Positions 9,585-17,442 of a stretch of 40,137 bases of DNA are shown here, piece after piece (the stretch's first letter is position 1; each line of letters begins with the position of its first letter). A program made the translations under genes and the position numbers. The DNA comes from Escherichia phage vB_Eco_Mak. Below the pieces are notes generated by a model, which did not search any database, was not told where the DNA came from, and saw only the letters and a list, made by a program, of their open reading frames with translations. The stretch lies in the sequence record OX001577; one strand, 5' to 3'.

Positions 9585-9627
9585 AAGACTAAAGGTCATT
9601 CTTCGGAGTGGCCTTTGTGAGTTACAT
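9585..9627 (+). promoter_or_regulatory. RNase III-type processing hairpin
   Basis: AAGACTAAAGGTCATTCTTCGGAGTGGCCTTTGTGAGTTAC; same conserved core, before the SSB gene. Confidence 0.5.
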
Positions 9628-9663
9628 TGTAAACAACCTGTAAATAAATAAGGAGGACTCCTA

Positions 9664-10389
9664 ATGTCAACTAAGCCACAAAAGAAAATGTACACAACTC
9701 CGGTCGGTGTCGTAGGTGCATATCCTTACCTGCAACGTCCTGACAAGGGTAACGAGAAGTTCCCTAAGCCTCGCGGTGAGTGGAGCTGTAAGCTGCTGAT
9801 TCCTAGTGCTCAAGCACAAAAGGTAGTAGACCTGATTGTGAAGGCTTCCGAGGCCAACTATCAGAACTACCTTGAGAACATTCATCCTAAGCGTCTGGCC
9901 GAAGCGAAAGCAAAAGGTAAGCGTCCGCCTAAGCAACTGGATGAAGCACAGTACCCATTCTATGAAGACGACCAAGGTAACGTAGTATTCACCTTCAAGA
10001 GTCACGCTTCATACCAAGACAAGTCTGGTGAGACTAAAGAGATTACTCTGCGTGTCTACGACTGCCAAGGTAAGCGCATTCAGGTAGTACCTAACATCTG
10101 CAATGGTTCTGAGGGTCGTGTTGAGTTCTCACTCGTGCCTTACGTCTCCGAAGTCGCTAACGTTGGTATCAAGCTGCAACTTGAGAAGTTCCAACTGTTG
10201 AAGCTGAAGGAATGGACAGGCAATGACACCTTCGGTGGTGGCGCTGTGGAAGGCTATGAAGATGGCTTCAAGGCTGATGAATTTAGTGGTGAAGGCACAG
10301 GCTTTGAAGACCACGACTACAGCGATGATGAACCTGCTGGTGGTACTGCTCAGGACTACCACGAAGACACTACCTACGGTGACTTCTAA
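9664..10389 (+). CDS. single-stranded DNA-binding protein (T7 gp2.5-like)
   Basis: Similar to remembered T7 gp2.5 (PYLQRPD.GNE, FSLVPY, KLQLE, FGGG) and has the characteristic acidic C-terminal tail ending in DF. RBS AAGGAGG. Confidence 0.9.
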   Translation: MSTKPQKKMYTTPVGVVGAYPYLQRPDKGNEKFPKPRGEWSCKLLIPSAQAQKVVDLIVKASEANYQNYLENIHPKRLAEAKAKGKRPPKQLDEAQYPFYEDDQGNVVFTFKSHASYQDKSGETKEITLRVYDCQGKRIQVVPNICNGSEGRVEFSLVPYVSEVANVGIKLQLEKFQLLKLKEWTGNDTFGGGAVEGYEDGFKADEFSGEGTGFEDHDYSDDEPAGGTAQDYHEDTTYGDF

Positions 10390-10838
10390 TGGCTAGGACT
10401 CCGGTACGAAAACACAATGTGAGTGCGTATCGGTCTGGCCTAGAGGAAAAGATTGCGGGTCAGCTTGAACAGGCTGGCCTGCCAGTACGCTTCGAGGAGG
10501 CATACATTAAGTATGTCATCCCTGAGTCAGACCATAAGTACACACCTGACTTCATCCTACCTAACGGTATCATCATTGAGTCAAAGGGTCTGTTCGATGT
10601 AGACGATAGGAAGAAACACCTGTTGCTCAAAGACCAGTATCCTGAGTTAGACATCCGGTTTGTGTTCTCTCGATCAGCCACTAAGCTGTACAAGGGAGCC
10701 AAGACCACGTATGCCGATTGGTGTGAACGTTATGGTTTTCAGTATGCTGACAAACTGATTCCGCCTAACTGGTTACGTGAATCCCATAAACCTATTCCAG
10801 AAGGAGTATTGATACCTAAAGGAGGTAAATCAAAATGA
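10389..10838 (+). CDS. endonuclease I / Holliday junction resolvase (T7 gp3-like)
   Basis: RSGLE.K, HKYTPDFILPNGIIIESKGL, DDRKKHLLL..QYPELDIRFVFS, KLYKG and LIP.NW match remembered T7 gp3. Confidence 0.9.
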   Translation: MARTPVRKHNVSAYRSGLEEKIAGQLEQAGLPVRFEEAYIKYVIPESDHKYTPDFILPNGIIIESKGLFDVDDRKKHLLLKDQYPELDIRFVFSRSATKLYKGAKTTYADWCERYGFQYADKLIPPNWLRESHKPIPEGVLIPKGGKSK

Positions 10839-11290
10839 AGACTAAATTTAAGAAACGTCCTGAGACTACCAAGATTGTAGTCCACTGTTCGGCTACCCGT
10901 GAGGACAAAGACTTTGGTGTGCGTGACATCCGCCTGTGGCATAAAGCTAAAGGTTGGCTGGATGTAGGCTACCACTACGTTATCAAGCGTGATGGTACTA
11001 TCGAAGAAGGTCGTCCTGATGATGTAATCGGTGCAGGTGCAGAGGGTCACAACACTGACTCAATCCACATCTGTCTGGTTGGTGGTCTGGACAAGGAGGG
11101 CAATACACTCGAAGGCTTCCACAATGCGTTCACTGACGCTCAGGAGGTGTCTCTGTTCCACCTGATTGCTGCAATGGAGGAGAAGTATCCTACCGTTCGC
11201 GTAGTGTGTGGACACCGCGACCTGCCTCGTGTAGCCAAAGCGTGTCCTTGCTTCGATGTCGTTAAGTGGCTGGAAGAAGTGGTAGTCTAA
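10835..11290 (+). CDS. N-acetylmuramoyl-L-alanine amidase / lysozyme (T7 gp3.5-like)
   Basis: VHCSAT, GVRDIR.WHK..GWLDVGYHY.IKRDGT, IHICLVGG, VVCGHRDLPRVAKACPCFD match remembered T7 gp3.5 zinc amidase. Confidence 0.9.
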   Translation: MKTKFKKRPETTKIVVHCSATREDKDFGVRDIRLWHKAKGWLDVGYHYVIKRDGTIEEGRPDDVIGAGAEGHNTDSIHICLVGGLDKEGNTLEGFHNAFTDAQEVSLFHLIAAMEEKYPTVRVVCGHRDLPRVAKACPCFDVVKWLEEVVV

Positions 11291-11338
11291 GTTACATACT
11301 CAAGGTCATCCGTAATGGGTGGCCTTTATGAATGTAAT
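11291..11338 (+). promoter_or_regulatory. RNase III-type processing hairpin
   Basis: GTTACATACTCAAGGTCATCCGTAATGGGTGGCCTTTATGAATGTAAT after the amidase gene. Confidence 0.55.
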
Positions 11339-11358
11339 TAACACCCACTATTGGTATT
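11336..11358 (+). promoter_or_regulatory. phage RNAP promoter
   Basis: AATTAACACCCACTATTGGTATT; start-site region differs (GGTA). Confidence 0.55.
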
Positions 11359-11378
11359 AACTCAAAGGAGAAAACAAT

Positions 11379-11879
11379 ATGTCAACATCTATGTCATTCG
11401 ACCGTGCTGTACACATTGCCTGCAAAACTCTGATGTCTGCGGGTAGCTTCACTCAAGACGAACGCGCTGCTGCGTATGACACCTTGGTAAGCGTCAATGT
11501 CCAGTTCAAACAGATGTTCGAGAACATGTTCCCACAAATTGCTAAGGCAGAGCCAAAGGTTAACGACACTCTGTCTAAGTTTGAGGAAATCCTGAACGAA
11601 CCAGAGTTGGAGATGGTTAGCAACATTGTTGAACTACGTGGTGCAACAAAGGCTATGAACGACAATGGGTTCTTTGATGGTATGAAGTTTGAGGTGGTAA
11701 CATCTCGTGGTACTCCTTACTCAAACAACAAGTACCGTGTATCCCTGTGTCGTCACCTGCGTACTGGTAAGCTGGCATGGTTAACCTCAGACAAACTTGA
11801 GTCAATCGAAATGACTAAGGAGAAGTACGACTCTCTGGTTGAGAAGCGTATGGCTAAATCTTACAAGTACGACTTTTAA
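11379..11879 (+). CDS. hypothetical protein
   Basis: 166-aa ORF with RBS AAGGAG, directly after promoter copy 11336..11358. No family recognised. Confidence 0.6.
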   Translation: MSTSMSFDRAVHIACKTLMSAGSFTQDERAAAYDTLVSVNVQFKQMFENMFPQIAKAEPKVNDTLSKFEEILNEPELEMVSNIVELRGATKAMNDNGFFDGMKFEVVTSRGTPYSNNKYRVSLCRHLRTGKLAWLTSDKLESIEMTKEKYDSLVEKRMAKSYKYDF

Positions 11880-11891
11880 TAGGAGCTACAA

Positions 11892-13967
11892 ATGATTTCC
11901 ATCAAGGTATCGGATATAGAGACAGACGGGCTATTGGATACTGTCTCTAAGTTTCACTGTGCTGTGGTCATCGACTACTTCACTGGTGAGACAATCCGCT
12001 ATGCCCCGTGGGACTTCAAGAAGTATATCGAAGACATCGAGCGGTGGTCTGCTGAAGGCCACTTGCTTGTATACCACAACGGTATCAAGTATGACGTTCC
12101 TGCCTTGAATATCCTGAAGAAGAAACACTTCGGTAAGCGGTTGAATATCAACAAGAAATCATTTCTGGATACCCTAGTGTGTACCCGTCTTGTGTACTCA
12201 AACATCAAAGACATTGATGGGGGTCTGATGCGTTCAGGCCGCCTGCCGTCTAAGATGTTCGGGTCACACTCATTGAAGGCTTGGGGTTATCGCTTGGGAA
12301 TCCTGAAGGGTGAGTACGGTGAGCAAGAGAACGCATGGGCTGAGTACACTGTGGACATGATGGACTACTGTGAGCAGGACGTTCGAGTAACAGTCTCTCT
12401 GCTTGAGAAGTTGTTCACCAATGAGTGGTACTTTACGCCTAACCAGTGGGGTGACTTCAGCGAGTCTATTCGCTTGGAGCATGACGCTGCGTGGGTTCTC
12501 GCTAAGATGGAACGCAACGGTTTTCCGTTTGACACCAAAAGCGCAGTCGCTCTGTACGCACAAGAAGCTGGGCATAAGCAAAACTTATATCAAGAGTTGG
12601 TTAAGACCTTCGGCTCATGGTACAGACCAAAAGGTGGTACTACTCCGTTCTTGCATCCGGTCACTGGTCAACCACTGGATAAGTATCCTCGCGTTAAATA
12701 CCCTAAGGCTGGCTCACTGTTCACTAAGTCCGGTAAGCTGTCTTCAACGTTGTATTACGAAGGACGACCATTCACTCCGGTTGAGCATGTAACGTTTAAC
12801 CCTGCGTCTCGTGACCACATCGTTAAGGTACTGAAAGACATCGGGTGGACTCCTGTAGACTTCACTGATGCGGGTAACCCTGTAGTAGACGATGATGCAC
12901 TGTCTATCGTTATCGAACACAAGCTAGTACCTGAGGAGTACATTTCAAAGGTAGAGCTGATTCGTGAGTACCTGACGGTTAACAAACTGCTTGGTCAGTT
13001 AGCTGAAGGTGATAACGCTTGGTTGCGACATGAACGTGATGGTTATATCCACGGTTCTGTTAACCCTAACGGCGCTGTAACTGGTCGTGCGACTCACGCA
13101 TTCCCTAACGTTGCACAGGTTCCTTCAATCCGTAAGTATCGGGGCAAAGAGTGTCGCTCATTGTTCGGCGCTTGTCACCACATCGGGAAAGACGGTAAGC
13201 CTTGGATTCAGGTTGGTGTCGATGCTAGTGGTCTTGAGCTTCGCTGCTTGGGTCACTTCATGGCTCGCTATGATGACGGTGCTTACATTGACGTAATCCT
13301 GAACGGTGACATCCATTGGCAGAACTGTATTGCCGCTGGTCTTCATCCTAACGTTCCACGGGATAAGCACAACGAAGCACACGAAGCCGCACGTAACAAC
13401 GCTAAGACGTTTATCTATGGCTTCCTGTATGGTGCAGGTGCGGCCAAGATAGGTGAGATTGTAGGTAAGTTTGGTGAGGAAGGTAAGAAGGCAGGTAAGG
13501 AACTCATTGAGTCATTCCTGAATGAAACACCTGCAATCAAGGCACTGCGTGAAGCTGTAGCTGACACCCTCATTGCCGATGCTAAGTGGGTCAACGGTGA
13601 GCAACAAATCAAGTGGAAGCGTAAGTGGATTCGTGGTATGGATGGCCGTAAGGTTCACGTCCGGTCACCACACGCTGCGTTGAACACTCTGTTGCAATCT
13701 GCTGGTGCTCTCATTTGTAAGAAATGGGTAGTCGTACTTGTGCAGATGCTTGAGGACAAAGGCTATGTACACGGCTGGGATGGAGACTTTGCGCTAATGG
13801 GCTGGATTCATGACGAGGTTCAGATTGCAGCTCGCACTGAGGAAATCGCACACGACATCATTAACGTGTGTCAAGAGGCTATGCGATTTGTTGGTGAATC
13901 GTGGAACTTCCGGTGTCCGTTAGATACCGAAGGTAAGATTGGCCGACATTGGGCTGATTGTCACTGA
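11892..13967 (+). CDS. DNA polymerase (T7 gp5-like, family A)
   Basis: Collinear with remembered T7 gp5: 3'-5' exonuclease site VSDIETDGLL, then NGFPFD, GSVNPNGAVTGRATHAFPN, NAKTFIYGFLYGAG, GRKVHVRSPHAALNTLLQSAGALICK, HDEVQI.ARTEEIA, WNFRC.LDTEGK. Confidence 0.95.
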   Translation: MISIKVSDIETDGLLDTVSKFHCAVVIDYFTGETIRYAPWDFKKYIEDIERWSAEGHLLVYHNGIKYDVPALNILKKKHFGKRLNINKKSFLDTLVCTRLVYSNIKDIDGGLMRSGRLPSKMFGSHSLKAWGYRLGILKGEYGEQENAWAEYTVDMMDYCEQDVRVTVSLLEKLFTNEWYFTPNQWGDFSESIRLEHDAAWVLAKMERNGFPFDTKSAVALYAQEAGHKQNLYQELVKTFGSWYRPKGGTTPFLHPVTGQPLDKYPRVKYPKAGSLFTKSGKLSSTLYYEGRPFTPVEHVTFNPASRDHIVKVLKDIGWTPVDFTDAGNPVVDDDALSIVIEHKLVPEEYISKVELIREYLTVNKLLGQLAEGDNAWLRHERDGYIHGSVNPNGAVTGRATHAFPNVAQVPSIRKYRGKECRSLFGACHHIGKDGKPWIQVGVDASGLELRCLGHFMARYDDGAYIDVILNGDIHWQNCIAAGLHPNVPRDKHNEAHEAARNNAKTFIYGFLYGAGAAKIGEIVGKFGEEGKKAGKELIESFLNETPAIKALREAVADTLIADAKWVNGEQQIKWKRKWIRGMDGRKVHVRSPHAALNTLLQSAGALICKKWVVVLVQMLEDKGYVHGWDGDFALMGWIHDEVQIAARTEEIAHDIINVCQEAMRFVGESWNFRCPLDTEGKIGRHWADCH

Positions 13968-13981
13968 TATAAGGAGGTCTT

Positions 13982-14317
13982 ATGGCTGCGCGTAAAACGC
14001 CTGTTGTTCGACCTCTCCGCTTCCATACTCACCCTAATGGGTGTATCACCTGCGTATCTCATAAAGCCAACCATGATGGATACTTTCGTTACAAGGTTGG
14101 TTCATCCCGTAATGGGACTGCCAAGATGTTCATGTTCCACCGATTCGTCTGGGAGCATAAGCATGGTGAGATACCAGAAGGCTACACTATTAACCACAAA
14201 TGTAAGAATCGAGGTTGCCAAAATGTAGACCATATGGAATTACTGAGTGTCACTGAACACGCTGCGGAGACTAATCGAAACAGATACAGGAAGATTAAAC
14301 ACCCACTATTGGAGTAA
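13982..14317 (+). CDS. HNH endonuclease
   Basis: 111-aa ORF with RBS AAGGAGG. HNH-type motif INHKCKNRGCQNVDHMELLSVTEHA with a Cys-rich zinc-binding element. Its 3' end encodes promoter copy 14293..14317. Confidence 0.8.
   Translation: MAARKTPVVRPLRFHTHPNGCITCVSHKANHDGYFRYKVGSSRNGTAKMFMFHRFVWEHKHGEIPEGYTINHKCKNRGCQNVDHMELLSVTEHAAETNRNRYRKIKHPLLE
14293..14317 (+). promoter_or_regulatory. phage RNAP promoter embedded in the 3' end of the HNH gene
   Basis: GATTAAACACCCACTATTGGAGTAA; encodes the last residues (..KHPLLE) and stop of the HNH ORF. Confidence 0.6.
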
Positions 14318-14368
14318 GGGAGCCAAAGTTCCCTAACTAAATGTCTATTAACATAAGGAGAATACACT

Positions 14369-14695
14369 ATGTCACACCCTAAACATATGACCCACAAGTT
14401 CAACGTATCATTCGACCTGAAGACTGTTGTTCCACTGGAAGGTGCCGAAGCTGCTCTGCAAAAGATTGTAGCCCACCACAAAGAGAACGTAGAGAACAAG
14501 GTCCCTGTGACTAAGCAGACTGTATTTGCTGGTCTTGTTGCTGAAGCATATGAGACTAAAGGCATTGAAGCTGCTGTGGTTGAACTGATGCGTTTTAACT
14601 TGCGTGAAATGCTGAAGGATGAATTGTCCTCTCTGTTCCATAACACTGAGATTAAGACAATGAGTCCTGTAACCATCAAGGTAGTTCGTGACTAA
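14369..14695 (+). CDS. T7 gp5.5-like protein (H-NS-binding family)
   Basis: KFNVSFDL at the N-terminus and VTIKVVRD at the C-terminus match remembered T7 gp5.5 (KFKVSFDV ... ATVREV); similar length. Confidence 0.65.
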   Translation: MSHPKHMTHKFNVSFDLKTVVPLEGAEAALQKIVAHHKENVENKVPVTKQTVFAGLVAEAYETKGIEAAVVELMRFNLREMLKDELSSLFHNTEIKTMSPVTIKVVRD

Positions 14696-14873
14696 GTTAC
14701 GCCTGCCCAAGACAACAGTAAACGTGGAAGTGGTCAATGAGAACACCATCCTGATTAACAGGAAGTTCAAGACCACTACCCGTTTCTTTGACTTGAACAG
14801 AGAAGAAGCTCGCATAGTGTATGAAGCCTTAAAGGAGGTATTCAGTAATGAACGATTATCTGAAAGTTCTTAG
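14688..14873 (+). CDS. hypothetical protein (GTG start)
   Basis: 61-aa track ORF beginning at GTG 14688, overlapping the upstream gene end; no internal ATG. Weak RBS. Confidence 0.35.
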   Translation: MTKLRLPKTTVNVEVVNENTILINRKFKTTTRFFDLNREEARIVYEALKEVFSNERLSESS

Positions 14874-15054
14874 TCACGTTAAGAACCGACCACAAACATT
14901 CCAGTCTGACTTTGTGCGTAACCATGCGTCACTGGTCGCTGAGGCCGCTTCTCGTGGTCACATTAGCTGCCTGAGCAATGGGCGTAACTCAGGGCGTTGG
15001 CACCTGACTCTCATTGGTCACTCCTTCCTGACTATGGCCGGAGGTGCGCTATGA
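14848..15054 (+). CDS. T7 gp5.7-like protein
   Basis: DYLKVL, TFQSDFVRNHASLVAEAASRGHISCLS is near-identical in pattern to remembered T7 gp5.7 (TFQSNYVRNNASLVAEAASRGHISCLS). RBS AAGGAGG. Confidence 0.7.
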   Translation: MNDYLKVLSHVKNRPQTFQSDFVRNHASLVAEAASRGHISCLSNGRNSGRWHLTLIGHSFLTMAGGAL

Positions 15055-15917
15055 AAGACCATGCTTTAGGTATGGATGGTGACTACCTAGTGTTTGCCGC
15101 TATGTCTGCTGCTGAGGTAGAGACTCAGTGGGAAGACGATGTGTGGACTCTGGAATGTGACCATGACAAAGCGTGGACTATCTTGTGTCAGTCCATCGAA
15201 GCTATCCGTAAGCGTAAACCTGAATGGGAGGACTCTAAAATTGTGCTCGCCTTTACAGACGAAACAAACTGGCGAAAGTCAGTATTACCAACGTACAAAG
15301 CTAATCGAAAAGCTAGCCGTAAGCCTACTGGTTATCGTCACTTTGTCGAGCGCGTTATGGCTGTTCGTGAGTGGAACTCTTTTCTGCGCCCAACTCTGGA
15401 AGGCGATGACTGTCTTGGCATCATAGCGACTGCACCTCAGATTGTAGGCTGCAAGTCTGTGACCATCTGCTCCCCAGATAAGGACTTCAAGACTATCCCT
15501 TGCGAGTTCTTCCATATGTCATCCGGTGAGATTACTACTCGCAGTGTAGAACAAGCTGACTGGTGGCACATGTACCAGACTATCATTGGTGACACTACCG
15601 ATGGTTATGGTGGTATCAAGGGTCTGGGTGAGACTGTAGCCGTAGAGTTTCTGAACAATCCGTTTATCTGGGTCGAGTACGAACACGTATTCAAATCAGG
15701 TGCTCGCAAAGGTCAATCTGAAATGCGGTGGCGTAAAGAGCCGAAGCCTGAGGATATGACTCTGTGGCAAGCTATGGTTACCCTTGCGGCCAAGGCTGGG
15801 ATGACAGAAGAAGAACTGTTGCAACAAGCACAGGTAGCCCGTATCTGCCGTGCCAGCGACTTTAACTTCAAAGACAAAGAGGTGATTCTGTGGACACCAA
15901 ACAACGACAAGATTTAA
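15051..15917 (+). CDS. 5'-3' exonuclease (T7 gp6-like)
   Basis: MDGDYLVF.AMSAAE, IVLAFTD..NWRK, YKANRKA, PTLEGDDCLGIIA, CSPDKDFKTIP, DWWHMYQTIIGDTTDGYGGI, AKAGMTEEE match remembered T7 gp6. Alignment begins at MKDHALG (ATG 15051, GGAGGTG 6 nt upstream); the track ORF starts at 14997. Confidence 0.9.
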   Translation: MKDHALGMDGDYLVFAAMSAAEVETQWEDDVWTLECDHDKAWTILCQSIEAIRKRKPEWEDSKIVLAFTDETNWRKSVLPTYKANRKASRKPTGYRHFVERVMAVREWNSFLRPTLEGDDCLGIIATAPQIVGCKSVTICSPDKDFKTIPCEFFHMSSGEITTRSVEQADWWHMYQTIIGDTTDGYGGIKGLGETVAVEFLNNPFIWVEYEHVFKSGARKGQSEMRWRKEPKPEDMTLWQAMVTLAAKAGMTEEELLQQAQVARICRASDFNFKDKEVILWTPNNDKI

Positions 15918-16162
15918 AACTCTGCGTTAACTGTAAGTATTGCCGAGTTGTTCCCTGTGGTGACATCTCTGCTGCCTACTACGAGTGTCTTGCTAAGGCA
16001 CCTGAGGTTAACGTTGTCACAGGTGACGAGAAGTATTCGTATTGTTCTGTCGTAAGGAACAAAGAGTGCAAAGGACAGTGGTATGTAAAGAAAGAACCTA
16101 TCCCTGAGCAAGTACAGGGTACGTTCAGAAAGATTATCACTTGGATTAGCAATAACTTTTAG
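15890..16162 (+). CDS. Cys-rich small protein, hypothetical (GTG start)
   Basis: 90-aa track ORF from GTG 15890 overlapping the exonuclease end. CVNCKYC...C...C pattern suggests a zinc-ribbon-like fold. Start uncertain. Confidence 0.4.
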   Translation: MDTKQRQDLKLCVNCKYCRVVPCGDISAAYYECLAKAPEVNVVTGDEKYSYCSVVRNKECKGQWYVKKEPIPEQVQGTFRKIITWISNNF

Positions 16163-16207
16163 TTATATCATCAAGGTCATTCTTAGGAGTGGCCTTCATT
16201 GGTATAA
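16163..16207 (+). promoter_or_regulatory. RNase III-type processing hairpin
   Basis: TTATATCATCAAGGTCATTCTTAGGAGTGGCCTTCATTGGTATAA. Confidence 0.55.
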
Positions 16208-16228
16208 TTAACACCCACTATTGGAGGT
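16206..16228 (+). promoter_or_regulatory. phage RNAP promoter
   Basis: AATTAACACCCACTATTGGAGGT directly after RNase III hairpin 16163..16207. Confidence 0.7.
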
Positions 16229-16232
16229 ATCA

Positions 16233-16487
16233 ATGTCTGAAACTTTAAGTGATTTACCTAAAGTACCTCACATCAGTCGTGAACTTGCAGAACACCTAAA
16301 GGAAATCTTCAGTGCTGACCGTCAAATCAATGAAGGTCTACTGCGTGACCCTAATGTTGTTCGCTCTGAGTCTTACCTGCTTGGCTTCCTTGCTGGTCTG
16401 GCTTACTGTGCCTCTCATGTTCAGTACATGATTGACGAACAGGATGGTAAGTTCAACGATGATAATTTAGGTGGATTCCATATGTAA
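16233..16487 (+). CDS. hypothetical protein
   Basis: ATG 16233 lies directly after promoter copy 16206..16228, whose GGAGG serves as RBS (84 aa). Track ORF begins at TTG 16221 inside the promoter. Confidence 0.55.
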   Translation: MSETLSDLPKVPHISRELAEHLKEIFSADRQINEGLLRDPNVVRSESYLLGFLAGLAYCASHVQYMIDEQDGKFNDDNLGGFHM

Positions 16488-16498
16488 GGAGGTCAAAG

Positions 16499-16747
16499 AT
16501 GTGTTTCTTTAAACCGCCTAAGATTGATATGCCTGAGACACCAACTCCTGCCCCACTTCCGCCTCCTGTTGAGGATGCACCTAAAGTGGAGTCCGTAGAG
16601 TTCGGAGGTAAGAAGGAATCAGTCGAGGACGTAACCGGAGTTAAAGGGTCTGGTAGTTCTGGTAAGTCTGCCCTGAAGATTCAGAAGACACCTAAACCAG
16701 TAACCAACACTACCGGAGCAAACGTGGGTCTTAACACTGTACGGTGA
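16499..16747 (+). CDS. T7 gp6.7-like virion protein
   Basis: Starts MCFFKPPKI...VESVEFGG, resembling remembered T7 gp6.7 (MCFSPKIK...VSSVEFGG). RBS AAGGAGG. Confidence 0.65.
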   Translation: MCFFKPPKIDMPETPTPAPLPPPVEDAPKVESVEFGGKKESVEDVTGVKGSGSSGKSALKIQKTPKPVTNTTGANVGLNTVR

Positions 16748-16752
16748 TACTT

Positions 16753-17160
16753 ATGGGACTGACAACTAAGTGTTTCTTTCGTGGTGCGGACGAACCGCTG
16801 TACACGTATGAAGCTCTCCATAAGTATTGCCTTCAGGAGTCACAAGACGTGGAACGTACCAAAGAGGTCTTAGAAGGTCTGCACCGTTATGAGGTGTACG
16901 TCTATGACCAAGATGGTAACGTTATTGCCTGCACTTACCTTGTACGGTATTTGTGTATGCACCACGGAGATGTGATTGCTTTGGCTGCTTTGTGGATAGA
17001 CAAGTCATATCGTGATGCTGTGTCCGTACAGAAAGCGATTACGCGGGAGGTTGTCACTGTGTGTAAGATGTTCGGTATTACCAAATATCAGCGCAGTAAA
17101 CACCTCTCAAAGACTAAACAACTGATAATCACAAAGGAGATACCAAATGGGATTCATTAA
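16753..17160 (+). CDS. hypothetical protein (T7 gene 7 position)
   Basis: Track ORF from GTG 16744; first ATG at 16753 taken as start (MGLTTKCFF...). Assignment by position only. Confidence 0.5.
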   Translation: MGLTTKCFFRGADEPLYTYEALHKYCLQESQDVERTKEVLEGLHRYEVYVYDQDGNVIACTYLVRYLCMHHGDVIALAALWIDKSYRDAVSVQKAITREVVTVCKMFGITKYQRSKHLSKTKQLIITKEIPNGIH

Positions 17161-17431
17161 GAAAACCTTTAAGAAACTGACTGGTGCGGATGACGCTGAG
17201 AAACGCGCCCGTGAGGAAGCTGAACGTGCTCGCCGTGAGCAAGAAGAAGCTATCCGTAAACAAGCTGAATTGGACGCTGCTCAACGTGCTGCTACCGAAT
17301 TGGCTGGTGAGCAAGAGGTTCAAGCGGAGTCTGTAGGTGACACCACTGAGTCAACACAAAAAAAGAAACTACGGGCAGGTCGAAAGTCCTTGACTGTGGC
17401 GCGTGCTGGCGGCTCTGGTATTAACATCTAA
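17147..17431 (+). CDS. T7 gp7.3-like tail/virion protein
   Basis: Basic N-terminus and C-terminal RAGRKSLTVARAGGSGINI, matching remembered T7 gp7.3 C-terminus (ARAGGKKSLSVARSSGGGINI). RBS AAGGAG. Confidence 0.7.
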   Translation: MGFIKKTFKKLTGADDAEKRAREEAERARREQEEAIRKQAELDAAQRAATELAGEQEVQAESVGDTTESTQKKKLRAGRKSLTVARAGGSGINI

Positions 17432-17442
17432 GGTGGTAGTCT

